This document shows positions 51,961 to 62,500 of a stretch of 64,000 bases of DNA, one piece after another. The notes under the pieces were generated by a model that saw nothing but the letters and a program-made list of their open reading frames with translations, had not been told where the DNA came from and did no database searches. Source of the DNA: Limisphaerales bacterium. GTDB taxonomy: Bacteria; Verrucomicrobiota; Verrucomicrobiia; Limisphaerales; JAJOIW01. Every line of letters begins with the position of its first letter. Position 1 is the first letter of the stretch. The translations under genes were made by a program, and so were the position numbers. The stretch lies in NCBI GenBank assembly GCA_965657355.1, contig CBFHOE010000002.1, forward strand, positions 1 to 64,000. The letters are read 5' to 3'.

Positions 51961-53655
51961 TTAAAGTTTCTCCGATTTGTTAGATGAGGAATTGTCTGGC
52001 ACAGGTAATCGCACAAGTGCCATATTTCTATGGTTTCTCATGAGAACATAGTTACCAACGACAGCTGGAGGATTCCAGGTTTTGGATTTAAAAACTTCGA
52101 ACTTGGCTTTTTCAACTGGTTCTTTGCCTGAGATATCCAGCAAAACAAGAGCTCCCTTCTCTGTTTGAATCAATAGGTCCTTTTTTGAAATTAAAAGAAA
52201 TTGTCCATGCCCATATCGTTCTCCTTGAAATAATCTTTTCCCAGAGCTAGCTTCAAAACCTGCAAAGACACCATCATTCAATGCTAAAACTAAATCGGGA
52301 TTGCTTGGAGGGATTAACAGAGGTGCAAACTTTGATCTCAACCTTTTGGTTTTCCAAATCCTTTTGATTTTATAATCACTACCACCATTCGATTCGTCTG
52401 CGAAGATAGAGTAGGAGGAGGCTCCTACACTGTAACCAGATGAAACGATGAGGTGATCATCTTTTGATAGGATGGGAATGGAAACCTGTGGAAATCCAAG
52501 CCCCCAAGGAATATCTAAAATCAATTTCCCACTCAGAGGGTCGCGAATTTCAACAGACTCAGCATCCAAGTGTATTAAATAATCTTTGCCATTGATTTGT
52601 TTTATCGCGGGACTGCTCCATGAGACATTCTTATTTCCGACCTGCCAAATGACATCACCTGAAGCGGGGTTGAGGGCTACCAAGGTCGCAGACGCTTGTC
52701 CTCCGCCTGGAGCTATAATAATTCTGTCTTTATAAACCATAGGCGATCCAGCAAACCCCCATTCAGGAATTTTCGCTCCAAATTTTTCCTTACTATCAAA
52801 TTGAAAGATAATTTTTTCGGTAGTCAGATCGACGCAGGTAAAAATACCTGTTCCCCCAAGAAAATATACTTTTTGATCATAAATAAGAGGCGTAGCTCGG
52901 GAGCCTATCCCTCCTAACCCTGCGTCTAGCCTTGATTGGTAACTATGCGACCAAAGAATTTCACCAGTATAAAAATTGATACAGAAGACCGATTCGTTCT
53001 CTGGGTTTTCTGTGTCCTGGGCAATGCTGAAAGCTTTTTCATCCTGAATTACAAACCCAGAAAAACTCTCACCAACTGGTTTGATCCAGATAACTTCTGG
53101 TGCCTTTGCGACCCAGGAAGTTGAGATAGGAGGAATATTTGTCAATATGCAATTTCTATTTGGGCCCTGGAATTGAGGGAAGATCCAATTTGAAGTTAAT
53201 ACTGATGTATTTTCCTCTGGTTTGGTTTCGCGGGTTGTTTGGGTGGAATCGACCCAACGAGGGGAAAATTTAGGAATCATATCACCATCCATCTCAGTGA
53301 AACGAAATAGACCAACGAACGCTAATAGACAAAAAATAGTTCCCAGTATAAATGTTCGTAAAAATTTGTAGCCACCAAGAATTGAGAAGAAAACGACTCC
53401 TATCCAGAGTAAGATGCCGCAGATTAAACCACCCAAAAATTCAAATTGGTTTCCGAGGTAAGGGACCCACTCCTGATCTTCGTAAATGAAGGCAAAAAAG
53501 AGACCTAAAAGGACCAAAATGATACAGTAGGAGAAGAAAACAAACTTAAAAACACCATTTTTTGCCAAGGATTTTCGTGGATCTGTCGAATTCATATCAA
53601 AATTGTATCTAATGTGTCCAAAAACTATAGCGTTGTGGATTAAAATCAACAACAA
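51961..53655 (-). CDS. Membrane-anchored PQQ-like (BamB-type) beta-propeller protein
   Basis: Three N-terminal TM helices, FPQFQGPNRN, GSRATP, FAGSP, SWSSP, KTWNPP. Likely start ATG 53595. Confidence 0.85.
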   Translation of the reverse strand: MLLILIHNAIVFGHIRYNFDMNSTDPRKSLAKNGVFKFVFFSYCIILVLLGLFFAFIYEDQEWVPYLGNQFEFLGGLICGILLWIGVVFFSILGGYKFLRTFILGTIFCLLAFVGLFRFTEMDGDMIPKFSPRWVDSTQTTRETKPEENTSVLTSNWIFPQFQGPNRNCILTNIPPISTSWVAKAPEVIWIKPVGESFSGFVIQDEKAFSIAQDTENPENESVFCINFYTGEILWSHSYQSRLDAGLGGIGSRATPLIYDQKVYFLGGTGIFTCVDLTTEKIIFQFDSKEKFGAKIPEWGFAGSPMVYKDRIIIAPGGGQASATLVALNPASGDVIWQVGNKNVSWSSPAIKQINGKDYLIHLDAESVEIRDPLSGKLILDIPWGLGFPQVSIPILSKDDHLIVSSGYSVGASSYSIFADESNGGSDYKIKRIWKTKRLRSKFAPLLIPPSNPDLVLALNDGVFAGFEASSGKRLFQGERYGHGQFLLISKKDLLIQTEKGALVLLDISGKEPVEKAKFEVFKSKTWNPPAVVGNYVLMRNHRNMALVRLPVPDNSSSNKSEKL

Positions 53656-53738
53656 GGCTCAAGGAATGAGCACATTACGACGAGTATTAGAGATGAAGGC
53701 ATCTTGAAATAAGATCATGAGCTGCCCAATTCTAGGTC

Positions 53739-54944
53739 ATGAAAGGTAAATCACCAAATGATATGACGAATATATTATTCGTATTGAAAGATAGATCGCA
53801 AGGGAATGGATACAGGAGAAACATTCCTGCCATTAACAGCTCTTGGTCGGTTAACATAACGGATAACACAAAAGATGCCGTCGATTTTGTTCGTGGGAAT
53901 GACATTGATGTCATTGTCTGTGATGAAGAAGTGTCCGATAACAAGGGTTTAGATGTCATCAGTTCATGCAGCCATGAAAAGCCTGGGGTTCTCAGTTTTT
54001 TAAGAAAAAGTGGAGGTCCCAGCAAAGAAGAATCGATTGCGCTCTCAGAGAAAAAGATATTTGTTCTTCCTCACAACCTTGAAGAAGAAGGAATTTGCTC
54101 GCACATCTCGAGAAGAATATTGATGAAGAGTTTGTCAGGAAATCCAAATCTTCTAAGCGTCATTCGCAAGATGAAAAAGATGCCGACCATCCCGCAACTC
54201 TACCATCAAATTACCAGAGAACTGAGAAAAGAAGATGGGTCTATTGAGTTTGTCGCCGGATTGATCTCAAAAGAACCCTCAATGGCAACAAGAATTTTGA
54301 AAGCGGTAAATTCGCCTGCCTATGTTCTGGGCTATGAGATTACTGAGGTTGTGCATGCCCTCTTGTTTTTGGGTAAAGAAGCAACTCAAGCTCAGATTTT
54401 AGCTGATTCGATTTTCACTTCTTATCCAAATCAATCAATAGCTGGCTTGAATCTTCAGAACGTTTGGAAACACAGCATTAATGTTTCAGCTATCGCAAGA
54501 AGAATTTCAATGTCTATCGACTCAAACAAAAAGTCGGCGGAGATTGCTTGCACAGCTGGAGTCATTCACGATTTGGGAAAAGTGCTGATGGCAACAAATT
54601 TACCGGACCTCTACCTAAAGGCGGTTAATTACGCTGAATCAGAAAATGTTCCATTAGTTGAGGCGGAAGAAAAGGTTTTTGGTACAAATCATGCCGAGGT
54701 TGCAGCTTCACTCATGGGTCTTTGGTCTATTCCATTCAAGATACTCAGTTCTGTTGCTTATCATCATAATCCGACTGGGACAATGAGGAAACCGCCAACA
54801 TCAGCAATGGCACTTTACATTGCAGATGGTTTTGAAAATGCTAAGTCTAAAAATAGTTTTGGCCAAAAAGTAGATGAAAACATAATTGAAGACTGGGGCT
54901 TAACCGATCAATTTAAAGGTTGGGCAGAAGAATTCACAAATTAG
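53739..54944 (+). CDS. Receiver-like domain plus HDOD domain signalling protein
   Basis: N-terminal REC-like (DVIVCD...GLDV); HDOD (MPTIP, RILKAVNSP, WKHS, GVIHDLGK, HAEV, YHH). Confidence 0.88.
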   Translation: MKGKSPNDMTNILFVLKDRSQGNGYRRNIPAINSSWSVNITDNTKDAVDFVRGNDIDVIVCDEEVSDNKGLDVISSCSHEKPGVLSFLRKSGGPSKEESIALSEKKIFVLPHNLEEEGICSHISRRILMKSLSGNPNLLSVIRKMKKMPTIPQLYHQITRELRKEDGSIEFVAGLISKEPSMATRILKAVNSPAYVLGYEITEVVHALLFLGKEATQAQILADSIFTSYPNQSIAGLNLQNVWKHSINVSAIARRISMSIDSNKKSAEIACTAGVIHDLGKVLMATNLPDLYLKAVNYAESENVPLVEAEEKVFGTNHAEVAASLMGLWSIPFKILSSVAYHHNPTGTMRKPPTSAMALYIADGFENAKSKNSFGQKVDENIIEDWGLTDQFKGWAEEFTN

Positions 54945-54966
54945 CAACCAGTAAAATTTCATGAAT

Positions 54967-54998
54967 AACCCTCAGTTCTATTGAACTTGAGGGTTTTT
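54967..54998 (+). terminator. Terminator after the REC-HDOD gene
   Basis: AACCCTCAGTTC/GAACTTGAGGGTT hairpin with T run. Confidence 0.8.
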
Positions 54999-55069
54999 AC
55001 TTTTAAAGCCTGGGTTATTGATTAGATCGAGCTGTTTTCTTATAATTGAGAGCTGAAAATGATAGGAAG

Positions 55070-55777
55070 ATGGATGTAGAGGTTTACCAAATGGGAAATG
55101 ATTGCGTGCCCATTCGATTTACACGCTCGAACCTCTCAAAGATTTCAAACTATACTCTCACAATGGAACCCGATGGCCGGGTTAGGGTTTGCCTTCCTAG
55201 AGATGGGAATGAAAAAGTTGCTCGTTTATTTATTGCTCAAAATCATCAGTGGATCCAAAACCAAAGAGATTTAATAGCCAAAGCATGTAAGCTTGATGAG
55301 GACTGGGAGGAAGGAACCCGTGTAATGTATTTCGGCGATTGGGTCACAATAAAAAGAGTAAAAACTGAGCCAGTTATTCATTTAGGAAACATCGTAATTC
55401 AGCCTGCAACTTCCCGAGTTGGGCTAAAGGCTCAAGTTTTAGATTTTCTCCAGTCACAAGCGAGTGCTTTCCTGCCAAAAAGGATCGAAGAGTTATCCTC
55501 CAAATGGGAGCTTCCATTTAATAAAGTCTTTATTAAAAACCAGAAAAGGAGTTGGGGGACGTGCTCAAGAAAGAAAAACATTTCACTTAACTGGCGATTA
55601 ATTCAATGTCCAGATTGGGTATGCGATTACGTCATTCTCCATGAGCTTCTGCACACTAAGCAAATGAACCACTCCTTGGAGTATTGGAAAAACCTCAAAC
55701 GCTTGTGTAGTCATGTCAGACAAGCTGAGGAATGGTTAAAGAACCATGCATTCATTCTTTTGAGTAACTACCAATAG
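55070..55777 (+). CDS. YgjP/DUF45 (SprT-like, HExxH) metal-dependent hydrolase
   Basis: IKNQKRSWGTCS, ISLNWRLI, DYVILHELLH, NHS..YW. Start placed at ATG 55070. Confidence 0.9.
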   Translation: MDVEVYQMGNDCVPIRFTRSNLSKISNYTLTMEPDGRVRVCLPRDGNEKVARLFIAQNHQWIQNQRDLIAKACKLDEDWEEGTRVMYFGDWVTIKRVKTEPVIHLGNIVIQPATSRVGLKAQVLDFLQSQASAFLPKRIEELSSKWELPFNKVFIKNQKRSWGTCSRKKNISLNWRLIQCPDWVCDYVILHELLHTKQMNHSLEYWKNLKRLCSHVRQAEEWLKNHAFILLSNYQ

Positions 55778-55804
55778 CATGGAAAGATCACCAACGAACC
55801 ATAG

Positions 55805-58072
55805 TTAAAAACGAAATGTCGCCTCTATTTTTAGAGTGGCGTCATACGAGGCCGATCTGAAACGGTCAAAGGTATCCCGATTAAAAGAATGATTATAGAC
55901 GAGAAAGACTTTATTACCGGGCTTGTATTCCCAGACGACTCGGCTATTGTAACCAAGATTTTCAGAAACGCTGTCGTATTGAAATATATGATTCCAATAT
56001 AAATCTCTTGTAAAGTTGATACCAATTTTCGAGCTTACAGTGTGAACATCTAGTTTTTGATTTGGGAATCGAAATCTATTTATTGAATAGTCAAAGCCGA
56101 AACCCAAATGCTTCCAGGCACGGACATTGATTTCATTACCAATACCATCTCTTTGGCCGTTGTAGTATTCACCGTAACGTAAAGAAGTCTCTCCTGAAAC
56201 TGTTCTCCGTGACGCGTAGTCAACCTCCATTGCATAATTTGTCCACCAATACTCGTCAGGGGTGATAGTGACGGTGTCCCCGATAGTGAAAGCATTAGAA
56301 ACACGGTCATATTCTCTGTTGACCATAAACCAAAATCTATCTCCGGATTCAAAATTAAGACTTAATGGAAAGAGCGCGTGCTCCATCGACTCCATGTCAT
56401 AATCAGGGGTGAGGAAGAATTCGTTCCTGTAAGTGTGTCTCAATTGTCTGAGCCAATCAATGGTCTCGGGCCTCGGACGATAACTCCAATAGCTGGAGAG
56501 CGCATTGACTCCTGTTCTTCTGGTAAACCCCATACCGGGATTAAACGAATCCCCGATCGACATTGCCTTAATGTTCATACTGTACTTGTCATTCGGATAG
56601 GAAAGGCTTCCGCCATAAGCGAAATCAAGAGGGTCTGCATACCTCGAAGAATCTGAGTGCGTGCCCAAGCCAAAGGCGTTCAATTCAAAAGTCTGACCAC
56701 CAAAAACCTGGGTGTTTCTGTATGTAAAATCTGGCCCTGCTAGGAGATTACTTGAGTCGGGTTGGTTAGAATCACCGATGGTTGTTATGAAACCTAAATT
56801 TGACTGATCAAACACCTGCCTTGAGCCTCGCATGACAAAGAGGTTTTGAGATCCATCTCCATTGGGCTTCTGAACCAAAGCATCGGTGATCGCTAAATTA
56901 TATGGCCCAACCGTTCCATTCATTTTGAAAGCAAAATCAATCGGTAGGACATTACCTCCTGAATCCAAACCAATACGTCGTGAAAAATAAGGAACTAAAA
57001 GGCTACGTAGACCGGGAAAACTTGATGCCCCCCTGTTGAGTGCTCCCAATTCATAGGATGTTGAGTCTTCTAGAAAAAAGTCACGCCTTTCGGGGAAAAA
57101 AAGAGGGAAACGGCTAACATTCACTATGCGATCATCTATCTCTGTCTCAGCAAAATCGATATTGTATGCAAGTCTCCCCCATATTTGAGGGGTAATTTCA
57201 TAGCGCACGTCCCCCCCTCCTCGCAGTTCAAATTCAGTGGCTGAATTTACAGGTTTTTTCACCTGAGAAATGACATAAGGCTTGATCTGTATACCAACGC
57301 CATTTTTTTTAACATTCATCTGAGTTAAATCTCCCATTTCAGAAGCAAAGTAGGTTCTAAAGTTGGGTCTGAACCCCGTCCACCTACCCATTTCATTTTT
57401 TCTTCTAATGGTTCGATTAATGTTAAATCCCCAGGTCTGGTTGTTTGGATCGAAAGATAGAGTTTTGAATGGGATGACGACCTCTGCATACCATCCTTTG
57501 GAATCTCTAGAAGTTTTGACATTCCAGATGCCATCCCAAAGGGAATTGAAAGTTGTGTTATTAGAGAAAATACCATCATAACGAGCGCCATTGGGATTGA
57601 CTGAAAAAGCAAAACCATTTCTTTGGTCGTGGAATGTATCAAAAGCAAAATAAATATAGTCGTCTGCAAATATACCGGTCCCGTTTTGCAGATTTCTTGC
57701 AAGAATACCTCTAGGATTACTATCGAAGCACCACACCCCGAGATATAAGTTGTGATGGTCATAAACGATTTTAAAAACCGTTTTTTCGGTCATATTTGCC
57801 CCGATTTTTGGTTCGTATTGGTAGAGGTCTCCCCCAGCAATTGCCTCCTCCCAAACTAAATCAGTCAGTTTGCCGTCAACTTTTGGACCGACATCACTGA
57901 AGTGCGCAGCAACAGATCTACCGGTCATATATTTAAGATTTTTTAAGGGGACTTGTTGATTGGCCTGTTGAGCAAAAACGAAAGAAGGAATAAAGAAAAA
58001 GAAAGCGCCGCCAATAACGAGTACTAAGAGCGGCTCTATCTTAACGTTAATTAAGTTGATTAAAATTTTCAG
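55805..58072 (-). CDS. Outer-membrane protein with a CBM9-like N-terminal domain and DUF5916-like beta-barrel
   Basis: [49 protein letters not shown]-terminal Phe. Frame is open upstream of ATG 57928 and encodes a signal peptide; start tentatively CTG 58072. Confidence 0.8.
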   Translation of the reverse strand: MKILINLINVKIEPLLVLVIGGAFFFFIPSFVFAQQANQQVPLKNLKYMTGRSVAAHFSDVGPKVDGKLTDLVWEEAIAGGDLYQYEPKIGANMTEKTVFKIVYDHHNLYLGVWCFDSNPRGILARNLQNGTGIFADDYIYFAFDTFHDQRNGFAFSVNPNGARYDGIFSNNTTFNSLWDGIWNVKTSRDSKGWYAEVVIPFKTLSFDPNNQTWGFNINRTIRRKNEMGRWTGFRPNFRTYFASEMGDLTQMNVKKNGVGIQIKPYVISQVKKPVNSATEFELRGGGDVRYEITPQIWGRLAYNIDFAETEIDDRIVNVSRFPLFFPERRDFFLEDSTSYELGALNRGASSFPGLRSLLVPYFSRRIGLDSGGNVLPIDFAFKMNGTVGPYNLAITDALVQKPNGDGSQNLFVMRGSRQVFDQSNLGFITTIGDSNQPDSSNLLAGPDFTYRNTQVFGGQTFELNAFGLGTHSDSSRYADPLDFAYGGSLSYPNDKYSMNIKAMSIGDSFNPGMGFTRRTGVNALSSYWSYRPRPETIDWLRQLRHTYRNEFFLTPDYDMESMEHALFPLSLNFESGDRFWFMVNREYDRVSNAFTIGDTVTITPDEYWWTNYAMEVDYASRRTVSGETSLRYGEYYNGQRDGIGNEINVRAWKHLGFGFDYSINRFRFPNQKLDVHTVSSKIGINFTRDLYWNHIFQYDSVSENLGYNSRVVWEYKPGNKVFLVYNHSFNRDTFDRFRSASYDATLKIEATFRF

Positions 58073-58310
58073 AATTCTTTCCAGTATGATGGATTATTAA
58101 GAACAAATTTCATACGAGAATGCAATACATTGCGCTTGGACAAAAGGTAAGCGGTGGGATCTCTTTTAATAATCGGCCAAAACGTGCAAATAGGACAAAT
58201 CATAAGCTTATCAAAAATATTTCTCGGTTCTTTGATTGAAATATGAGGGTTGGAAAACTATTTTATAAATCCAGGGTTATTGATCGAAAATTATTTATAA
58301 AAACTCAAAA

Positions 58311-59429
58311 ATGAAGAAATTCAGAAAAGTCTCCACCAGACTGAGATTTAACCCGTTCCTTGCCGCCACGCTTCTTTTCACGCTGTTTTTCAGTGGCTTA
58401 AAAGCTAATGAGGAGCGCGTCATCGTATATGACAACATTTTCAATACCTCTGGGGAATATTTCTCGATGGAAACCGAGTTTGGTGATGAGGTGATATTGG
58501 CCGGATCAGCCCGAATTTTTAGGTCTTTCGAATTGGAGTATTTTGCTGAGTTCACTCAAGACAATGATCATAAAGTCATCGTAAGATTTTACCTCAATGA
58601 TGGCCCCGAGGTTGCTCCCGGCGCGAAGGCTCCCGGCACGCTGCTTTTGCAGACCGAGGCTTATAATTTAGCTCCTGGGAGGAATACTATAAGTTTCGAA
58701 GCCAGCGATCTATCATTTGATCAGGACCTGATCTTGCCTAATGTTTTCACCTGGACAATTGAAACTCAAGGCTTTGACAACACCAATGATAGTTTCGGAA
58801 TACTCTTAAGTGACCCGGTCTATATTGGTAATTCCTTCCGGGATTTCTGGAATGTAGAGGCAGAAAACGGGGAATTCGGCCCACGCATCTTTAGTGATCG
58901 CAGAACCGCTGCCAACTTTTCTCAGAGAATATATGCCTCCGGAGGTAAAGCCGGAGAGCCCAATGACCAAATAGAAGAAAAACCATTTGTTTTCCAAATC
59001 ATCGATTTCGATCAGGAATCCAGCAATTGGTCCTTCTTAGTTGATGGAACCGAGAATACTCGATTTTCGCTTGAATTTTCGCCAGATCTCAATGATTGGG
59101 TGCCAATAATTAGTCTGCGAACACAAAAAGAACCGACGCCACTCACACTCAAACAGCCCATAGAAGGTCAATCCATATTTTTTAGAACCCTCTATAGCGA
59201 TCCCCAATTAGAAGATTTCATAGTCGATAGAACAAATATCACCGACGGAGAAGTAGACCTGAAAGTCCTGGGCGACGTTGGACTCAATATTAGGATTGAA
59301 TGGACGAGTGATTTTAGTGAATGGCGGCCACTTGTTAAACTCACCGTTGGCAACCAAAAGGCCTCATACCTTCACAAGCTTCCAAACGGAATCGAAAATG
59401 CTTTTTATCGCGTGATAGTACTTCCTTGA
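58311..59429 (+). CDS. Secreted/surface protein with two tandem C-terminal beta-domains of Verrucomicrobia type
   Basis: Signal peptide; N-domain VYDN...EFGDEV.LAG; repeats 'G......LE.S.DL..W....FFR' and 'G......IEW.SDF..W....FYRV'. Confidence 0.7.
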   Translation: MKKFRKVSTRLRFNPFLAATLLFTLFFSGLKANEERVIVYDNIFNTSGEYFSMETEFGDEVILAGSARIFRSFELEYFAEFTQDNDHKVIVRFYLNDGPEVAPGAKAPGTLLLQTEAYNLAPGRNTISFEASDLSFDQDLILPNVFTWTIETQGFDNTNDSFGILLSDPVYIGNSFRDFWNVEAENGEFGPRIFSDRRTAANFSQRIYASGGKAGEPNDQIEEKPFVFQIIDFDQESSNWSFLVDGTENTRFSLEFSPDLNDWVPIISLRTQKEPTPLTLKQPIEGQSIFFRTLYSDPQLEDFIVDRTNITDGEVDLKVLGDVGLNIRIEWTSDFSEWRPLVKLTVGNQKASYLHKLPNGIENAFYRVIVLP

Positions 59430-59577
59430 TAGACTTTTGTTGCTCATCAAGCCCAAATCCCCAAATATTCAAGCCTTGCACCACAGCCTCGAGGGGCTAT
59501 AATTTATCCAACAGCCCCAGCATACCTAAAAACCGACAATTTTTCTCACTAAAATTACTGGTGGCTGCCCTGATCTC

Positions 59578-62500
59578 ATGAGAATTATAAATTACTTTTT
59601 CGGAAAACCTTCCACCAGCTTCAGCAATTTATTGCGGACTCTTTTAATCTTATTTTGTGCCACTGGTGTCGGAGAGGAATCTCAGACAAATTCAGGTCAG
59701 AAAGTCAGTTTTTACAGCCAAATAAAGCCCATTTTCCAGCGAGAGTGCATTGGATGCCACCAACCAGCTAAAAAAAAGGGAGATTATGTCATGACGGATT
59801 TCGTATCCCTTTTGCAGGGCGGGGAAAGTGATGAGAATGCCATTATCCCGGGAAATGCGCCAAAAAGTCTACTTCTAGAGGTGATTTCCCCGATTGATGG
59901 AGAAGCTGAAATGCCCCCAGATGGTGATGCTTTGAGTCAATTTGAAATCGAGCTTATTGCGAAATGGATCAATGAAGGGGCCAAAGACGACAGCCCGGCC
60001 AATTCAAAAATCAGTTTCTCCACTGAGAACCCGCCCATATACAATGGTCAACCAGCAATCACTTCGTTGAAATTTTCCCCGGATGGACAACAAATCGCTG
60101 TTGCGGGGTATCATGAAATACTCCTCATCTCAGCAAAAACCGGTGAAATCCAAAAAAGACTCATAGGGGAGAGCCCAAGGATTCAATCCATTGCATGGTC
60201 ACCCGATGGATCAAAAATTGCAATGGCAGGCGGATCGCCAGGCAGGGCGGGAGAGATTCAGGTCTGGGACATCTCAAAGTCCAAGCTACTGCTCTCTCAT
60301 TTCTCAACTTATGATACCTTGATGGGCGTAAGCTGGTCACCCGATGGGACAAAGGTGGCTTTCGGAGGAACTGACAATGTTGTCAGGGCAATTTCCGTTC
60401 CGAAAGGAGAGGAAATTCTTTATCAAGGTTCTCATGATGATTGGCCGCTGGACACAACATTTTCGACTGACGGTGATTATGTCATCTCTGTGGGCCGAGA
60501 CATGACAGCAAAACTGACTCATCTGGATACACAAAGATTTATTGATAATATTACCTCGATAACCCCGGGAGCCCTTAAAGGAGGCATCAACTCCGTCATG
60601 GCACACCCCAAAGGTGAGTTCATCATATTCGGTGGAGCAGATGGAACTCCGAAAATATATAGGTATCAAAGAAAAACAAAGAGAGAGATTGGCGATGACG
60701 CCAATCAAATCTTAGTACTCCCGAACCAACCGGGCCGGATATTCGGAGTCGACAGTAATGCCGAAGGTACGATTGTCGCTTCGGTCAGCTCGTATAAAGG
60801 AGACGGTTTTTTATCCGTATCAAAGGTCACTTCGAATCTCACTCCCCCTGAAGACATAAGGAAAATCTTGGTCACTCCGACTCATAGAAGGAATGGAGAC
60901 CAAAAAAATAAATTGGCCGCATATTTTAAAAACAATGCATCTGTCATTTATAAGAAAGAATTTCCCGGAACTCCGTTATTTAGCGTGAGCCTCGATCCGA
61001 ATGAAAACAAGGTAGCCGCTTCAGGTAAAGGTGGGATTGTAACAATAGTAGATTTAGACACCTCGAAAATAGTCCAAGAACATGAAATTATTCCGGAGAT
61101 CTCAGAGGTCGCTCAAGTAAAAAATAAAGAGGAATACTCAGCATCAAAAAATTGGATTTTACCTAACGAGCGACCAGAGGAACTCCCATTTCAAACATTA
61201 CCCAAAGATAAAAAAATTGCTTCCTTAGAAGTCAACCCAAGCCAGATTAATATTTCAGAATCTTCTGGCTACAGTCAGCTTACCATCACCGGCTTCACGC
61301 CCGAGGGCGAAATGTGGGATCTCTCCCGAATGGTTAAATATGAATTTGAGAATAAAAGCATCGATGTCTCGCTGACTGGATTTGTCAGTCCGGTGGCTAA
61401 CGGAGAATCATCTATCGAGATAAGTATCGGAGATATCCGTAAGGTTATACCTGTAAGCGTCAGTGGAATTGATTCTCAATTTCGCCCTGACTGGAGCCTC
61501 CACGTCAACCCAGTTCTTTCACGACTCGGTTGTAATTCAGGCACATGCCATGGAGCCAAGGACGGCAAGAACGGGTTTAAGCTCTCTTTGCGAGGATACG
61601 ACCCAGTCATGGATATAATGAGTCTCACAGATGACATAGCTAGTCGCAGGGTCAATTTTGCAGCCCCGACTCAGAGTTTGATGCTTTTGAAATCTTCGTC
61701 AGAAATACCCCACGAAGGGGGCCAGTTGGTTAACCCAGCACATGACTATTATAAGATTCTAGAAAACTGGATACTAGATGGTGGAGATGTCTCCCCTACC
61801 CCTGATAAGAAGGTTTCAGAGCTGAGAATTTATCCTACGAACCCAGTTATTCAGAAGGAGGGTTTTTTCCAGCAGATGCAAGTCATTGCCGTATATCCGG
61901 ATGGCAAACAAAGAGACGTCACAAGGGAATCTTTTGTTGAGAGTGGTAACACAGAAGTCGCCCAAGCAGCAAAAGGCTGGCCTGGCTTAGTTAGAGCTTC
62001 ACGGCGTGGAGAAGCACCTCTTCTTGTCCGTTATGAGGGGGCCTACGCATCCACCATATTAACAGTCATGGGGGATAGATCCGAATTCGTTTGGAATGAG
62101 CCAGAATACAATAGTTCCATTGACAAGCTCGTAGCAGAAAAGTGGAAAAGAATGAAAATCCACCCGTCTGGTCTATCAGACGACTACACTTTTGTAAGAA
62201 GGCTTTATTTGGATCTCACTGGTCTTCCGCCTACATCTGACCAAGTGGATACTTTCATTCAGTCGCCTTTGCCGAACGAGCAAAAAAGAAATAACCTCAT
62301 AGACCAATTGCTTCACAGCGAGGCTTATGTAGATCATTGGGCAAATAAGTGGGCAGACTTACTCCAAGTCAATAGTAAGTTCCTCGGAAAAGAAGGCACA
62401 CAAATCTTTAGGAAATGGATTCGCAATGAAGTGGCCCAAAACACCCCATACGATAAATTTGTTTCCAAAATAATAACAGCAAACGGCTCAAACAAAGCAA

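Noticed and set aside
55070..55777. YgjP-like gene as part of a type I restriction/defence island
   Set aside because: No hsd, methylase or other defence genes are adjacent.
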